Source: an uncultured delta proteobacterium (GTDB lineage Bacteria > Myxococcota > UBA727 > VGSZ01). Taken from it: a DNA stretch of 64,000 bases. Positions 1-8,611 of the stretch are shown piece after piece. The notes under the pieces were generated by a model. That model was not told the origin of the DNA. It made no database searches and saw nothing but the letters and a program-made list of their open reading frames with translations. Made by a program: the position numbers and the translations under genes. The stretch spans positions 256,001 to 320,000 of the forward strand of contig CAVZJB010000004.1 in assembly GCA_963775425.1 (NCBI GenBank), in the 5' to 3' direction. Every line of letters starts with the position of its first letter. The first letter of the stretch is position 1.

Positions 1-998
1 TTGTGCGCGTAGCTGAAGTCGAGGAGCTCGAAGAAGCGCTGCACGCTCTCGTCGAAGCGGTTCACGAGGTAGTAGGTCCAGGCGAGCTTGTAGAGGCCCT
101 TGTCGTAGAAGTCGCTGTCCTTGAGCGGCACGACGTGGAGGAACGCGGCGGCGGCGTCGTCCCACTTCTCGTCGTCGAAGTACTGATCGCCGATGCGGAA
201 CCACACCTCGGCGTAGAACCGGCTCTTGGGAAAGCGGTTCACGAGCTGCATCCACGTGGCCAGCCCTTCGTCGGTCTGGCCCTGCGCGCGCAGCGTGTAG
301 CCGAGGAGGTAGTAGGCGCCGTCGATGAGGCGGTAGTTGGGGTAGTCCTTGATGAGCCGCTGGTAGAGCGCGACGGTCTTTTCGAAGTGCTTCTGCGGCT
401 CGTTGGGCGGGTCGCCCTTGCTGCCGGCATCCTGCCACTGCTTGTACTGGTCCTTGTATTCCTTGGACGCGAGCTGGTGCTCGTCGTCGTACTTCTCGAA
501 GTAGAGCTCCGCGAGGCGGAAGATGGCGTCGGGCGTGAACTCGTCGTCGTGGGGGTGGCGCTCGAGGAACGCCTCGAACGCGGCGATGGCCTCGATGCGG
601 CGCTCGCGCTCGGCCTTCACGATCGGGTCGATGGCGCGGCGGTAGTTGTCCTCGATCTTGTTGCGCCGCTCCTTGTACTTGCGCTCGGCGATGCGCCGCA
701 CCTCGTCACGCGTCTCCTTGGCCTCGCGCTCGAACGCGCGCACGGCCTCGCGGAGGGACTCGTAGCGCGCCTTGGTGGTGGCGTCGTCGATGGGCGTCCC
801 CGGCGGCGCCTCCGGCTCCACCTTCTTTTTGGGCTTGGGTGCGTCGGCGCTGTCGCCGACGTCGGCCTTGTCCTCGGCCTGCGGTGCCGTGGGCGAGACC
901 CCGGGCGTCACCGGGTCGTCCGCCCGGGCCGCGCCGGCGGCCAGCAGCGCGGCGAGGCCGCACGCACCGATCCCGCAGCGCGCAACACACCGGGTCAC
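1..998 (-). CDS. Secreted TPR-repeat protein, 5' part only (runs off the left edge)
   Basis: Not in the ORF track. GTG at 998 overlaps the upstream TGA (GTGA). Reads MTRCVARCGIGACGLAALLAAGAARA (signal peptide), then TPR-like segments TPDAIFRLAELYFE, GAYYLLGYTL, EVWFRIGDQYFD, GLYKLAWTYY. Confidence 0.85.
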   Translation of the reverse strand, partial: MTRCVARCGIGACGLAALLAAGAARADDPVTPGVSPTAPQAEDKADVGDSADAPKPKKKVEPEAPPGTPIDDATTKARYESLREAVRAFEREAKETRDEVRRIAERKYKERRNKIEDNYRRAIDPIVKAERERRIEAIAAFEAFLERHPHDDEFTPDAIFRLAELYFEKYDDEHQLASKEYKDQYKQWQDAGSKGDPPNEPQKHFEKTVALYQRLIKDYPNYRLIDGAYYLLGYTLRAQGQTDEGLATWMQLVNRFPKSRFYAEVWFRIGDQYFDDEKWDDAAAAFLHVVPLKDSDFYDKGLYKLAWTYYLVNRFDESVQRFFELLDFSYAH

Positions 999-3373
999 GG
1001 GGCCTCGTCCTTGGTCAGGTCGGCGTACGCCTGCGTCAAGTCGGTGAGCTCCGCTGCCCGGGCGCGCTGCAGTTGGCCGATCTTCTCCGTCTCGGCCTGC
1101 TTACGCGCGAACGAGGTGTCCACGATCCCGACATCCGCGCGCAGCACGATGCGGTTGAGGTCGTGTCGCACCTTCTCGAGCGCGATCATGGTGGCCCGGT
1201 CGCGGACCGCCGTGGCCCGCTTGTCGATCTCGTCGAGCGAGCTGACGTACGTGGCCAAGGCGTCCTTTTCGGCCATCAACAACGCCCGCGCCCCCGTGAG
1301 CCGCTCCTCGACGATCCGATCGAGGCGCGTGCGGAAGGCGTCGTTTTCCTGGCTCAGCTCGTCGATGCGCTTCACCGCCGTGTCCAGGCGCGCGTAGACC
1401 GCGCCGTTGGCGGGGTCGCGTGCGCCGGCGAGGAGCGTGCGCTCCTCCTCGAAGGAGCGCGCGTAGGCCTGGCGCAAGAGCTCCTCGCCGCTGCCGCGGC
1501 CGCCGGCGGTGGCGATGCCCTTCTTGATCTCGGCGACCCGCTGCTTGAGCTCGGCCACCCGCTGCTCGAGGCCCTCGACGCGGGCGCGCGCGCCGCGCAG
1601 CTCGTTTTTGCGCAGCTCCGCCTTCACCTGCCCGAGCGCCGCGGCGGCGGGATCGTGGCTCACCATGAAGTCCACCGCGGTGAGCTCCGCGCGGCGCTGC
1701 CGCGTCTCGAGCTCCGCCTGGTGCAGCGCCTGATCGATCTTGACGAGGTGATCGAGCATGCCCTTGCGGCGCGCCGCCAGCGCCTGCTGCGTGCGCGGCA
1801 GTTGCGCGATCTTCTTTTCGAGGTCGGCGCGGCTCGCGCGCAAGCGGGCGAGCTGCTGCTGCAGCTCGGGCGACGGCCGCGCCAGCGTGCGCTCCACGAG
1901 CACGGCGTTCTGCTTGAGCCCGAGGAGCGTGTTCTCGAGCGAGGTCGACCGCTCCACCCCGCTCTGCAGCGGCTTGAACAGCTCGGTGCGATCGGGGTTG
2001 TCCGGCGACAATTCCTTGTCGAGCTCCTCGAGGAGCTTCTGCGTGGCGCTGATGTCGTCGCGGGACCTCTGGATGTCCTTGAAGACGTGCAGCGCCTTGG
2101 CCACCTCGACGTTGTTGGCGGCGCGCCTCGCCGCGAGCGGCGGCAGCTTGCTGTCGACCGTGAGGCCGCCCGACGACATCTGCAGGATGTCCGACAGCAG
2201 CCGCTCGCGGGTGCTGCGCTCGGTCATCAACGCCGACAACTGCGCGTCCGCCGCTTTGTACGTGTCGAGGACCTCGCCGAAGATGCCCTCGGCCTTCACG
2301 AACTCGTTGCGCTGCAAGCGGAGGTTGCCCGCGAGGATGTCGATCTCGGCGGCCTTGTCGCTGTCGGGCTCGAGGGCTTTGAGGTCGTCGAGCTCGTCGA
2401 GCGCCTTTTCGTACTCGACCTTGGCGCGGTCCCGCCGCTGCAGGTCGGTGAGGTTGTCGCCCTTCTTGCCGCGCAGCGCGAGCTGGCCGCGGCGCACGTA
2501 GGTCCACGTGACCTCGTAGAGCATGGTGGTGAGGAGCTTGGAGTCGTAGTTGATGTTCTGGTACGCGTCGATGCTCTCGCCGAGGCGGTCGGTCTCGTAA
2601 AAGAGACGGCCGCGCGCGAGGTGCGCCATCTCCTTCACCTCTTTGTCGTTCTTGTCGATGGGCTTGGCGAAGGCGACCTGGTTGAACATTTCCAGGGCGC
2701 CGTCGAGCTTGCCCTGTCGCACCATGGACGCGCCGATGAGGTAGCGCGAGCGCAGCGCGTACGCGTCCGCCGCCGGCACCTGCCGCAGCTCGTCGATGGC
2801 GGCGTCGTCCTTCTTGGCCAGGAAGAGGGACTTGCCACGGAGGTAGCGCACCTGCCCGGGGACCTCCTTGGCGACCTGGAGGTACTCCGCGTAGTACTTG
2901 TCGACGTCGTCGAAGCGGCCCTGCGCGTCGCCGATCTCCATCAGCCGCAGGATCGCCTGCTCGTGGTGGCCGTGACCCGCCAGCTTCAAGAGCTTCTCGT
3001 AGTAGCCCTGCGCCGCCGCCGTGTTGCCGAGCTGGTAGAGGCTGTCGGCGAGGTAATACAGCGCGTCGGCGTAGTCGGCGCGCTGCTCCACCGGTCTCTT
3101 GTCGTTGTCACGCGGCTCCACCGCGCCGAACAACAGCATGCTGGCGCGCTGGTACTCCTTGGTGAGGTAGTAGATCTCCCCCCACGTGACGCGCTGGCCG
3201 CGATCTTCCGTGGTGAACAGATCCGGCACGGTCTTGTACGAATCTTCGATCCGGCGCATCTCGCCGTCCGCGATCCCGATGTCGCGCTCGATTCGGCTCA
3301 GGTCTGACGCGCCCCCCGCCGGTTGCGCCGCGACGGCGGGCCCGGCGAGGCACGCGAGCACCAAAAGAATCAC
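995..3373 (-). CDS. Secreted TPR-repeat protein with long C-terminal coiled coil
   Basis: 792 aa, signal peptide, TPR motifs (DALYYLADSLYQLG, VRYLRGKSLF, AHLARGRLFYE), heptad-rich C-terminus; 4-nt overlaps with both neighbours. Confidence 0.85.
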   Translation of the reverse strand: MILLVLACLAGPAVAAQPAGGASDLSRIERDIGIADGEMRRIEDSYKTVPDLFTTEDRGQRVTWGEIYYLTKEYQRASMLLFGAVEPRDNDKRPVEQRADYADALYYLADSLYQLGNTAAAQGYYEKLLKLAGHGHHEQAILRLMEIGDAQGRFDDVDKYYAEYLQVAKEVPGQVRYLRGKSLFLAKKDDAAIDELRQVPAADAYALRSRYLIGASMVRQGKLDGALEMFNQVAFAKPIDKNDKEVKEMAHLARGRLFYETDRLGESIDAYQNINYDSKLLTTMLYEVTWTYVRRGQLALRGKKGDNLTDLQRRDRAKVEYEKALDELDDLKALEPDSDKAAEIDILAGNLRLQRNEFVKAEGIFGEVLDTYKAADAQLSALMTERSTRERLLSDILQMSSGGLTVDSKLPPLAARRAANNVEVAKALHVFKDIQRSRDDISATQKLLEELDKELSPDNPDRTELFKPLQSGVERSTSLENTLLGLKQNAVLVERTLARPSPELQQQLARLRASRADLEKKIAQLPRTQQALAARRKGMLDHLVKIDQALHQAELETRQRRAELTAVDFMVSHDPAAAALGQVKAELRKNELRGARARVEGLEQRVAELKQRVAEIKKGIATAGGRGSGEELLRQAYARSFEEERTLLAGARDPANGAVYARLDTAVKRIDELSQENDAFRTRLDRIVEERLTGARALLMAEKDALATYVSSLDEIDKRATAVRDRATMIALEKVRHDLNRIVLRADVGIVDTSFARKQAETEKIGQLQRARAAELTDLTQAYADLTKDEAP

Positions 3374-4191
3374 GGCGTGCTTCCCTGGTCCTTTTTCTCA
3401 ACCCGCGTGTCGTTGGTGATGCTCGTGTCGAAGCGGATGCGCGGGCGTTCCTCGAGCTGCGTGGTGAAGTTGCCCTGCTCGAAGCCCACCGCGTCGATGG
3501 TGACCACCTTCCCCGGCTCCGCCGTGAACGTGATGCTGTCCTTCAGCTTCCACGAATACGCCGAGAGGTAGCGGAAGACGCCCGTGCCGTCGCCCTTGTA
3601 GACGAGGTTCACGGTGAGCGTGTGGCTCCCCTCGACGATGTTGCCGTCCCAGACCGGCAGCTCCTTCTTCGCGGTGAGCTTGGTGCCCGCGGCGTCCACC
3701 TCCTGCCAGAGCGGCTGGCCGTCGAGGTAGTAGTTGGCCTCGACGAGCAGGAAGTTCGGCCCCATCTCGTTTTTGTGCACGATGACGATCTTGGCGCCGG
3801 TGCCGATGCCGCCGGAGACCTGCTCGGCGAGGAGCTGGAGCTTGGCCTTGGAGCGGAAGATCTGCTCCTTCAGCTCGGCGACCATGTCCTCGAGCTCGCG
3901 CATCTTGAGGTCGTACTCTTCGTCGGCCGTCTGTGCGGGCTGCGCATCCGTCGCCGGCGCGGCGGCGTCCGTCGTCGTCGCCGTCGTGGTCGTGGCGCCC
4001 GGCGCCGCCGCGGGCGGGGTCGTCGCCGGGGTCGTCGCCGCCGCCGGGGTCGCCGCCGCCGGGGTCGCCGCCGCCGGGGTCGTCGTCGCCGGCGCAGGCG
4101 GAGCCGCCTCCTCCGCGCCGGCGCGCGCCGCGACGAAGGTCAATCCGAACACGGTCGCAGCGACGAGGACGAGACGATGTCTCATGTGCAT
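3370..4191 (-). CDS. Secreted protein with Pro/Ala/Thr linker, coiled coil and beta-rich domain
   Basis: 273 aa, signal peptide ending ARAGA, PAAAT repeats, coiled coil YDLKMRELEDMVAELKEQIFRSKAKL. Confidence 0.8.
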   Translation of the reverse strand: MHMRHRLVLVAATVFGLTFVAARAGAEEAAPPAPATTTPAAATPAAATPAAATTPATTPPAAAPGATTTTATTTDAAAPATDAQPAQTADEEYDLKMRELEDMVAELKEQIFRSKAKLQLLAEQVSGGIGTGAKIVIVHKNEMGPNFLLVEANYYLDGQPLWQEVDAAGTKLTAKKELPVWDGNIVEGSHTLTVNLVYKGDGTGVFRYLSAYSWKLKDSITFTAEPGKVVTIDAVGFEQGNFTTQLEERPRIRFDTSITNDTRVEKKDQGSTP

Positions 4192-4230
4192 GGCCCCTGG
4201 ATTAGCCGAAAGGCGCGCCGGCGGCCAGCG

Positions 4231-4863
4231 TCAGGACACAGGGCCGCGGCGGGTGGGCACACCGCCGGAGCCGGCCTCCGCGCCCTTGCGCAACTCCTGC
4301 AGCACCAACTTGGCGACGGCCTTCAGCGTGTCGAACACGCCGACGCCCGTGGTGGCGGTGGCCTCGAAGTCCGGCACGCTGCGCGGGTTCAACAGGCGCC
4401 GCAGCTCCTCGACGGTGGCCGCGTTCGGCAGGTCGCGCTTGTTGTACTGGATGACGTAGGGGATCCGATCGAGGTCGTACCCCTGCTCGCTCAGGTTGGT
4501 CCGCAGGTTCTCCACGGACTCGAGGTTGGCTTCCATGCGCTCGATCTGTGAGTCGGCGACGAAGCACACGCCGTCGACGCCCTTCAGGATGAGCTTGCGG
4601 GACGCGTCGTAGAAGACCTGGCCGGGAACCGTGTACAAATGAAAGCGCGTCTTGAACCCGCGAATCTCACCAAGAGAGAGCGGCAGGAAGTCGAAGAACA
4701 AGGTGCGCTCGGTCTCCGTCGCCAACGAGATCATCTTCCCCTTCGCGTCGGGGGAGGTCTTGTTGTAGACGTACTGCAAATTCGTGGTCTTCCCGCACAG
4801 ACCGGGACCGTAGTACACGATTTTGCAGTTAATCTCGCGTGACGAGTAGTTAATAAAAGACAC
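4231..4863 (-). CDS. mglA: Small Ras-like GTPase MglA
   Basis: [43 protein letters not shown] and NKRD are hallmark MglA motifs. Confidence 0.97.
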   Translation of the reverse strand: MSFINYSSREINCKIVYYGPGLCGKTTNLQYVYNKTSPDAKGKMISLATETERTLFFDFLPLSLGEIRGFKTRFHLYTVPGQVFYDASRKLILKGVDGVCFVADSQIERMEANLESVENLRTNLSEQGYDLDRIPYVIQYNKRDLPNAATVEELRRLLNPRSVPDFEATATTGVGVFDTLKAVAKLVLQELRKGAEAGSGGVPTRRGPVS

Positions 4864-4871
4864 TTGCGTCC

Positions 4872-5348
4872 TCAGCTACTGAACAGCGAATCGATGTCGT
4901 CGTCGGTGATCTCGGCGAAGGGCGAGGCCCCCGGCTGCTCTGCCTTCTGGGCCATGGCGTTGAAGATGGCGCTCAGCTCCTCCGACGCCTTGCGCACGCG
5001 GAGCCGAACCAGGCCGAGGCTCGAGCGCTGGTCGAAGATGACGACGAGGATGACGCGCTGGCCGATGATGGAGATGTGGAGGTTGTCCCGCTCTCCCTCG
5101 TGGAAGATCTGGGAGAACTCCTTCTCGTTGATCAGCTTGGCGATGCCACCGGTGGCGGCGATGTTGCCGGCGGTGAGGCTCGCGAGGCTGGTTGTGTCGA
5201 GGTGGGCGACATCGCCAGCGGACGCGATGGGATTGCCGTTCTTGTCGATGAGAAACACGACCTTCGCGTTGGCCTCGCGCACCAGCCGATCGCAGACCTT
5301 TTTGATCTGCTCGGCCTCCGCCTCGTGCATCACCATCTGGGTGCTCAT
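4872..5348 (-). CDS. mglB: Roadblock/LC7 GTPase-activating protein MglB
   Basis: ATG 5348 gives MSTQMVMHE; [41 protein letters not shown]; directly upstream of mglA. Confidence 0.95.
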   Translation of the reverse strand: MSTQMVMHEAEAEQIKKVCDRLVREANAKVVFLIDKNGNPIASAGDVAHLDTTSLASLTAGNIAATGGIAKLINEKEFSQIFHEGERDNLHISIIGQRVILVVIFDQRSSLGLVRLRVRKASEELSAIFNAMAQKAEQPGASPFAEITDDDIDSLFSS

Positions 5349-5415
5349 GCCCTCGTCGATAGCACGAACCCCCGCCCAACCCCAAATCGCCGCCGACCGA
5401 CGGGGCATGCCTCCG

Positions 5416-6015
5416 TCAGAGCTGCCGGCGGGTTGACAGCGCGCGGGCCAGCGTGAGGCGGTCGGTGAACTGGAGCTCGCCGCCGACGGGGACGCCCTGG
5501 GCGATGCGGGACAGGGCGAGGCCGAGGGGCTGAAGCTGGCGGAACAAGTACAGCGCGGTGGCCTCGCCGTCGACCGAGGGCGGGGTGGCGAGGATGATCT
5601 CCTTCACCGCCTGGTCCGTCGACGACAGCCGCGCAAAGAGCTGCTGGATGCGCAGCTCGTCGGGGCCGACGCCGTCCAGGGGCGACAGCGTCCCGTGGAG
5701 GATGTGGTACCGCCCGCGCATCTCGCCGGTGGCCTCGACGGCGGCCTGGTCCTGGATGGTGGCGACGACGCACAGCACGGTGTCGTCGCGGCGGGGGTCG
5801 GCGCAGACGGCGCAGGGGCCCTCCGTGGCGCACAGCAGGCAGCAGCGCGGGCACTCGTGGACGCGCTCCGCGACGTCGACGAGGGCGGAGGCCAACGCGC
5901 GCATCAGCTCGCGATCCTGCCGCAGCAGGTGATGCACCAGGCGAACGGCGGTTCGCTCGCCGATGCCGGGCAGGCGCGAGAGCTGCGACACGAGGGTGCG
6001 GATGGGATCGCTCAC
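5416..6015 (-). CDS. recR: Recombination mediator RecR
   Basis: GTG 6015; HhH LPGIGERTA, C4 zinc finger CPRC...CAVC, Toprim DGEATALY, RIAQGVPVGG. Confidence 0.95.
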   Translation of the reverse strand: MSDPIRTLVSQLSRLPGIGERTAVRLVHHLLRQDRELMRALASALVDVAERVHECPRCCLLCATEGPCAVCADPRRDDTVLCVVATIQDQAAVEATGEMRGRYHILHGTLSPLDGVGPDELRIQQLFARLSSTDQAVKEIILATPPSVDGEATALYLFRQLQPLGLALSRIAQGVPVGGELQFTDRLTLARALSTRRQL

Positions 6016-6026
6016 GCCCCGCGCTT

Positions 6027-7412
6027 CTACGGGCGGCGCGCGAGGACGTCGAGGGCGGCGACGCGGAAGATCTCGGCCATGGTGGGGAAGTTGAAGACGT
6101 GGTCGACGAGGTCGTCGACGCCGAGGCCGCCGATCATCGCGAGCTGCCCCACGTGCACGAGCTCCGGGGCGTCGTCGCCGGCGGCCTGCACGCCGAGGAT
6201 GCGCTCCCCGCGCGGGTCGGCGACGATCTTGAGCAAGCCGTCGGTGTTGCCGCTGATGAGGCCGCGCGCGATCTCGCTCGTGCGCGCGCGGCCGACCACG
6301 ACGGCGCCCATGCGCCGCGCGTCGTCCTCGGACAGACCGACGCTGGCGAGCGCCGGGATGGTGTAGGCGCCGAGCGGCACGAGGTCGAAGCCCGGCCGCG
6401 ACGGCAACCCGAAGGCGTGGCGGACCGCGCGGCGGCCCTGCTCCATCGACGTCGACGCCAGCGCGGGCGGCCCCACGACGTCGCCGGCGGCGTAGATCCC
6501 CTGCGCCGCGCGCAGTTGGGTGTCCACGACGATGTGCCCGTGGGCGTTGAGGGCGACCCCGACGCTGTTGAGGCCGAGCCCCTCCACGGAGGCCGTCCGC
6601 CCGAGCGCCACCAGCGCCTTTTCGGCCGTGAACGGCCCCCGCGACGTCTCCACGGTCACCGCGGTGCCGTCGAAGGACGCCGAGGCGACCTCGGCGCCGG
6701 AGGCCACGGTGCCGCCGTGGCCGACGAGCGCGTCGGCGAAGATGCGCGACAGCTCGCTGTCGAGGAAGGCGAGCGGCCGCGGGCCGCGGTCGACGAGCGT
6801 CACCCGGGCGCCGAGCGCCGCGAACGTCGACGCGTACTCGCACGCGGCGACGCCGCCCCCGAGCACCAGCAGGGAGTCCGGCATGTTCGGGAGCCCGAGG
6901 ATGGAGTCGCTGTCGAGGATGTGCGCGTGGTCCAGGGGGATGCCCGCGGGCGCGAGCGGGCGCGACCCGGTGGCGATGAGCACGACCGGGGCCGACGCCT
7001 CCTGCCGCGCGCCCCCCGGCTCCACGATCTCCACCCGCGCGCCGCCGCCGGCCAGGGGCGCGAGGATGTGCGCGTCACCGCGGATGCGCTCGACGCCGCT
7101 GCGGGTGAGCGACTTGTCCGCGACCGCCGCGTGCGCCGCCGCCACCTGCGCGGCGCGGCGCAGGTGCCCGTGCAGCGGCACCTCCCCGGGCCGGACGCTG
7201 AGGCCCGCGGCCGCGCTCTTGCGTCTGAAGGCCAGCAGGTGCTGCGCCTGCTCCCGCAGGACCTTGGACGGAATGCTGCCGCGCCGCACCGACGCGCCGC
7301 CGGGCCGGGCGGCGCGCTCGATGACGAGGACGCTCTTGCCCGCCTTGGCCGCCTGCACCGCGCCGGTCTGCCCCGCGGGTCCGGCGCCGATGACGATGAG
7401 GTCGACCTCCAT
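6027..7412 (-). CDS. sthA: Soluble (Si-specific) NAD(P)+ transhydrogenase-like flavoprotein
   Basis: GAGPAG FAD motif, GSIPSKVLRE without redox CxxxxC, ILDSDSIL, LASTSMEQGRRA, VFNFPTMAE. Confidence 0.8.
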   Translation of the reverse strand: MEVDLIVIGAGPAGQTGAVQAAKAGKSVLVIERAARPGGASVRRGSIPSKVLREQAQHLLAFRRKSAAAGLSVRPGEVPLHGHLRRAAQVAAAHAAVADKSLTRSGVERIRGDAHILAPLAGGGARVEIVEPGGARQEASAPVVLIATGSRPLAPAGIPLDHAHILDSDSILGLPNMPDSLLVLGGGVAACEYASTFAALGARVTLVDRGPRPLAFLDSELSRIFADALVGHGGTVASGAEVASASFDGTAVTVETSRGPFTAEKALVALGRTASVEGLGLNSVGVALNAHGHIVVDTQLRAAQGIYAAGDVVGPPALASTSMEQGRRAVRHAFGLPSRPGFDLVPLGAYTIPALASVGLSEDDARRMGAVVVGRARTSEIARGLISGNTDGLLKIVADPRGERILGVQAAGDDAPELVHVGQLAMIGGLGVDDLVDHVFNFPTMAEIFRVAALDVLARRP

Positions 7413-7457
7413 AGAGCGGACTACGGCCGGTGCGCGGCCGAACTGAAGGCCGCCGGG

Positions 7458-7766
7458 TTAAAGGCCCGGGATCCCGAGCCCGCCCGCCATCTGCTGGGTG
7501 TGCTCGACGCGGGCCTCCTCGGCGGCGGCGATGGCCTGGCCGACGGCGGCGCGGACGAGATCCTCGAGGAGGGTGGGGTCGGCCGGATCGATGGCGGCCT
7601 TGTCGATCTTGACCGACTTCACCTCCATCATCCCGTTCAGGACGACGCGGACCATCCCGCCGCCGGCCTCCCCGACGACGGTCTTTTGCTGGAGGTCGCG
7701 CTTGAGCTGCTCCTGCATCTCCTGCGCCTTCTGCATCATCTCGGCGAGCTTCTGGGGATCGATCAT
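7458..7766 (-). CDS. ybaB: YbaB/EbfC nucleoid-associated protein
   Basis: AQEMQEQL, GEAGGGMVRV, LLEDLVRAAV, GGLGIPGL. Confidence 0.93.
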   Translation of the reverse strand: MIDPQKLAEMMQKAQEMQEQLKRDLQQKTVVGEAGGGMVRVVLNGMMEVKSVKIDKAAIDPADPTLLEDLVRAAVGQAIAAAEEARVEHTQQMAGGLGIPGL

Positions 7767-7802
7767 GATCCCGGCGCTACCAAGGTGCGATAGACAGAGC
7801 TA

Positions 7803-8603
7803 GTGGCGTCGCCCCCCGTGCTCCTGCGTCCGGTCGGCTTCTGGACGAAGCGTCCCGGAGACGGTTTGCCCGATCCGCGCCGGCTCATGTCGTCGACGTG
7901 GGAGCGGCAGCGGCGCGGCTTCATCGCCGGCTACCTGATGACGGGGCCCATCCTCGAGGAGATGGAGACGCACGCCTGCCTCGTGTGCGGCGCCGACGCC
8001 GGTCACCGCGAGCGAACGGACGGTGTGTGGCGCTGGCCGGAGGGCCTCGCGCACTACGTCACCGTGCACGGCGTGCAACTGCCCGAGGAGCTCGTCGAGC
8101 ACATGGCCAAGCACAGCTTCACGGCGCCGCGCGTCAACGTGCGCGCGCTCCGCGAGCAGCTCCCGAAGACCAACCCCGCGGCCACCAGCCTGATCTCCAA
8201 AAGCGAGGTCGCCGCCGAGCTCGACGACATGCTCTCGTCGTCGGACAGCCGCCGCCCGCGCAAGAGCGGCGATCCCCTCGACGACGACACCGCCGCCATC
8301 CCCGTGAGCCAGGCGTGGAAGGTGCTCGTGCAGGGGGTGCCCACGCAACCGCAGAAGATCGTGTTCGACAGGCCCATCGTCATCGGCCGCGACCGCACCT
8401 GCGACGTCGTCCTCGACCACAAGAGCGTGTCCCGCCGTCACGTCCGCCTCGTGCCGTGGAAGGACCGGGTCATCGTGCAGGACCTCGGCAGCAGCAACGG
8501 CGTCTGGGTGCAGCAAAAGCGCTACGAGGGGCAGATCGAGATCCGCGAAGGCCAGCAGTTCTCCCTCGGACAGGCCACGATCATCGTCGTGCGACGACAC
8601 TAG
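7803..8603 (+). CDS. FHA-domain protein with N-terminal Cys/His domain
   Basis: FHA motifs IGR, SVSRRH, DLGSSNG; N-terminal CLVC...WPEGLAHYVTVH. Confidence 0.85.
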   Translation: MASPPVLLRPVGFWTKRPGDGLPDPRRLMSSTWERQRRGFIAGYLMTGPILEEMETHACLVCGADAGHRERTDGVWRWPEGLAHYVTVHGVQLPEELVEHMAKHSFTAPRVNVRALREQLPKTNPAATSLISKSEVAAELDDMLSSSDSRRPRKSGDPLDDDTAAIPVSQAWKVLVQGVPTQPQKIVFDRPIVIGRDRTCDVVLDHKSVSRRHVRLVPWKDRVIVQDLGSSNGVWVQQKRYEGQIEIREGQQFSLGQATIIVVRRH

Positions 8604-8611
8604 GTTCCTTC

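Noticed and set aside
3-3307. Long plus-strand ORFs (464 and 822 aa) and similar Arg/Ala/Pro-rich ORFs throughout the window
   Set aside because: Antisense or off-frame shadows typical of very high GC DNA, with no motifs.
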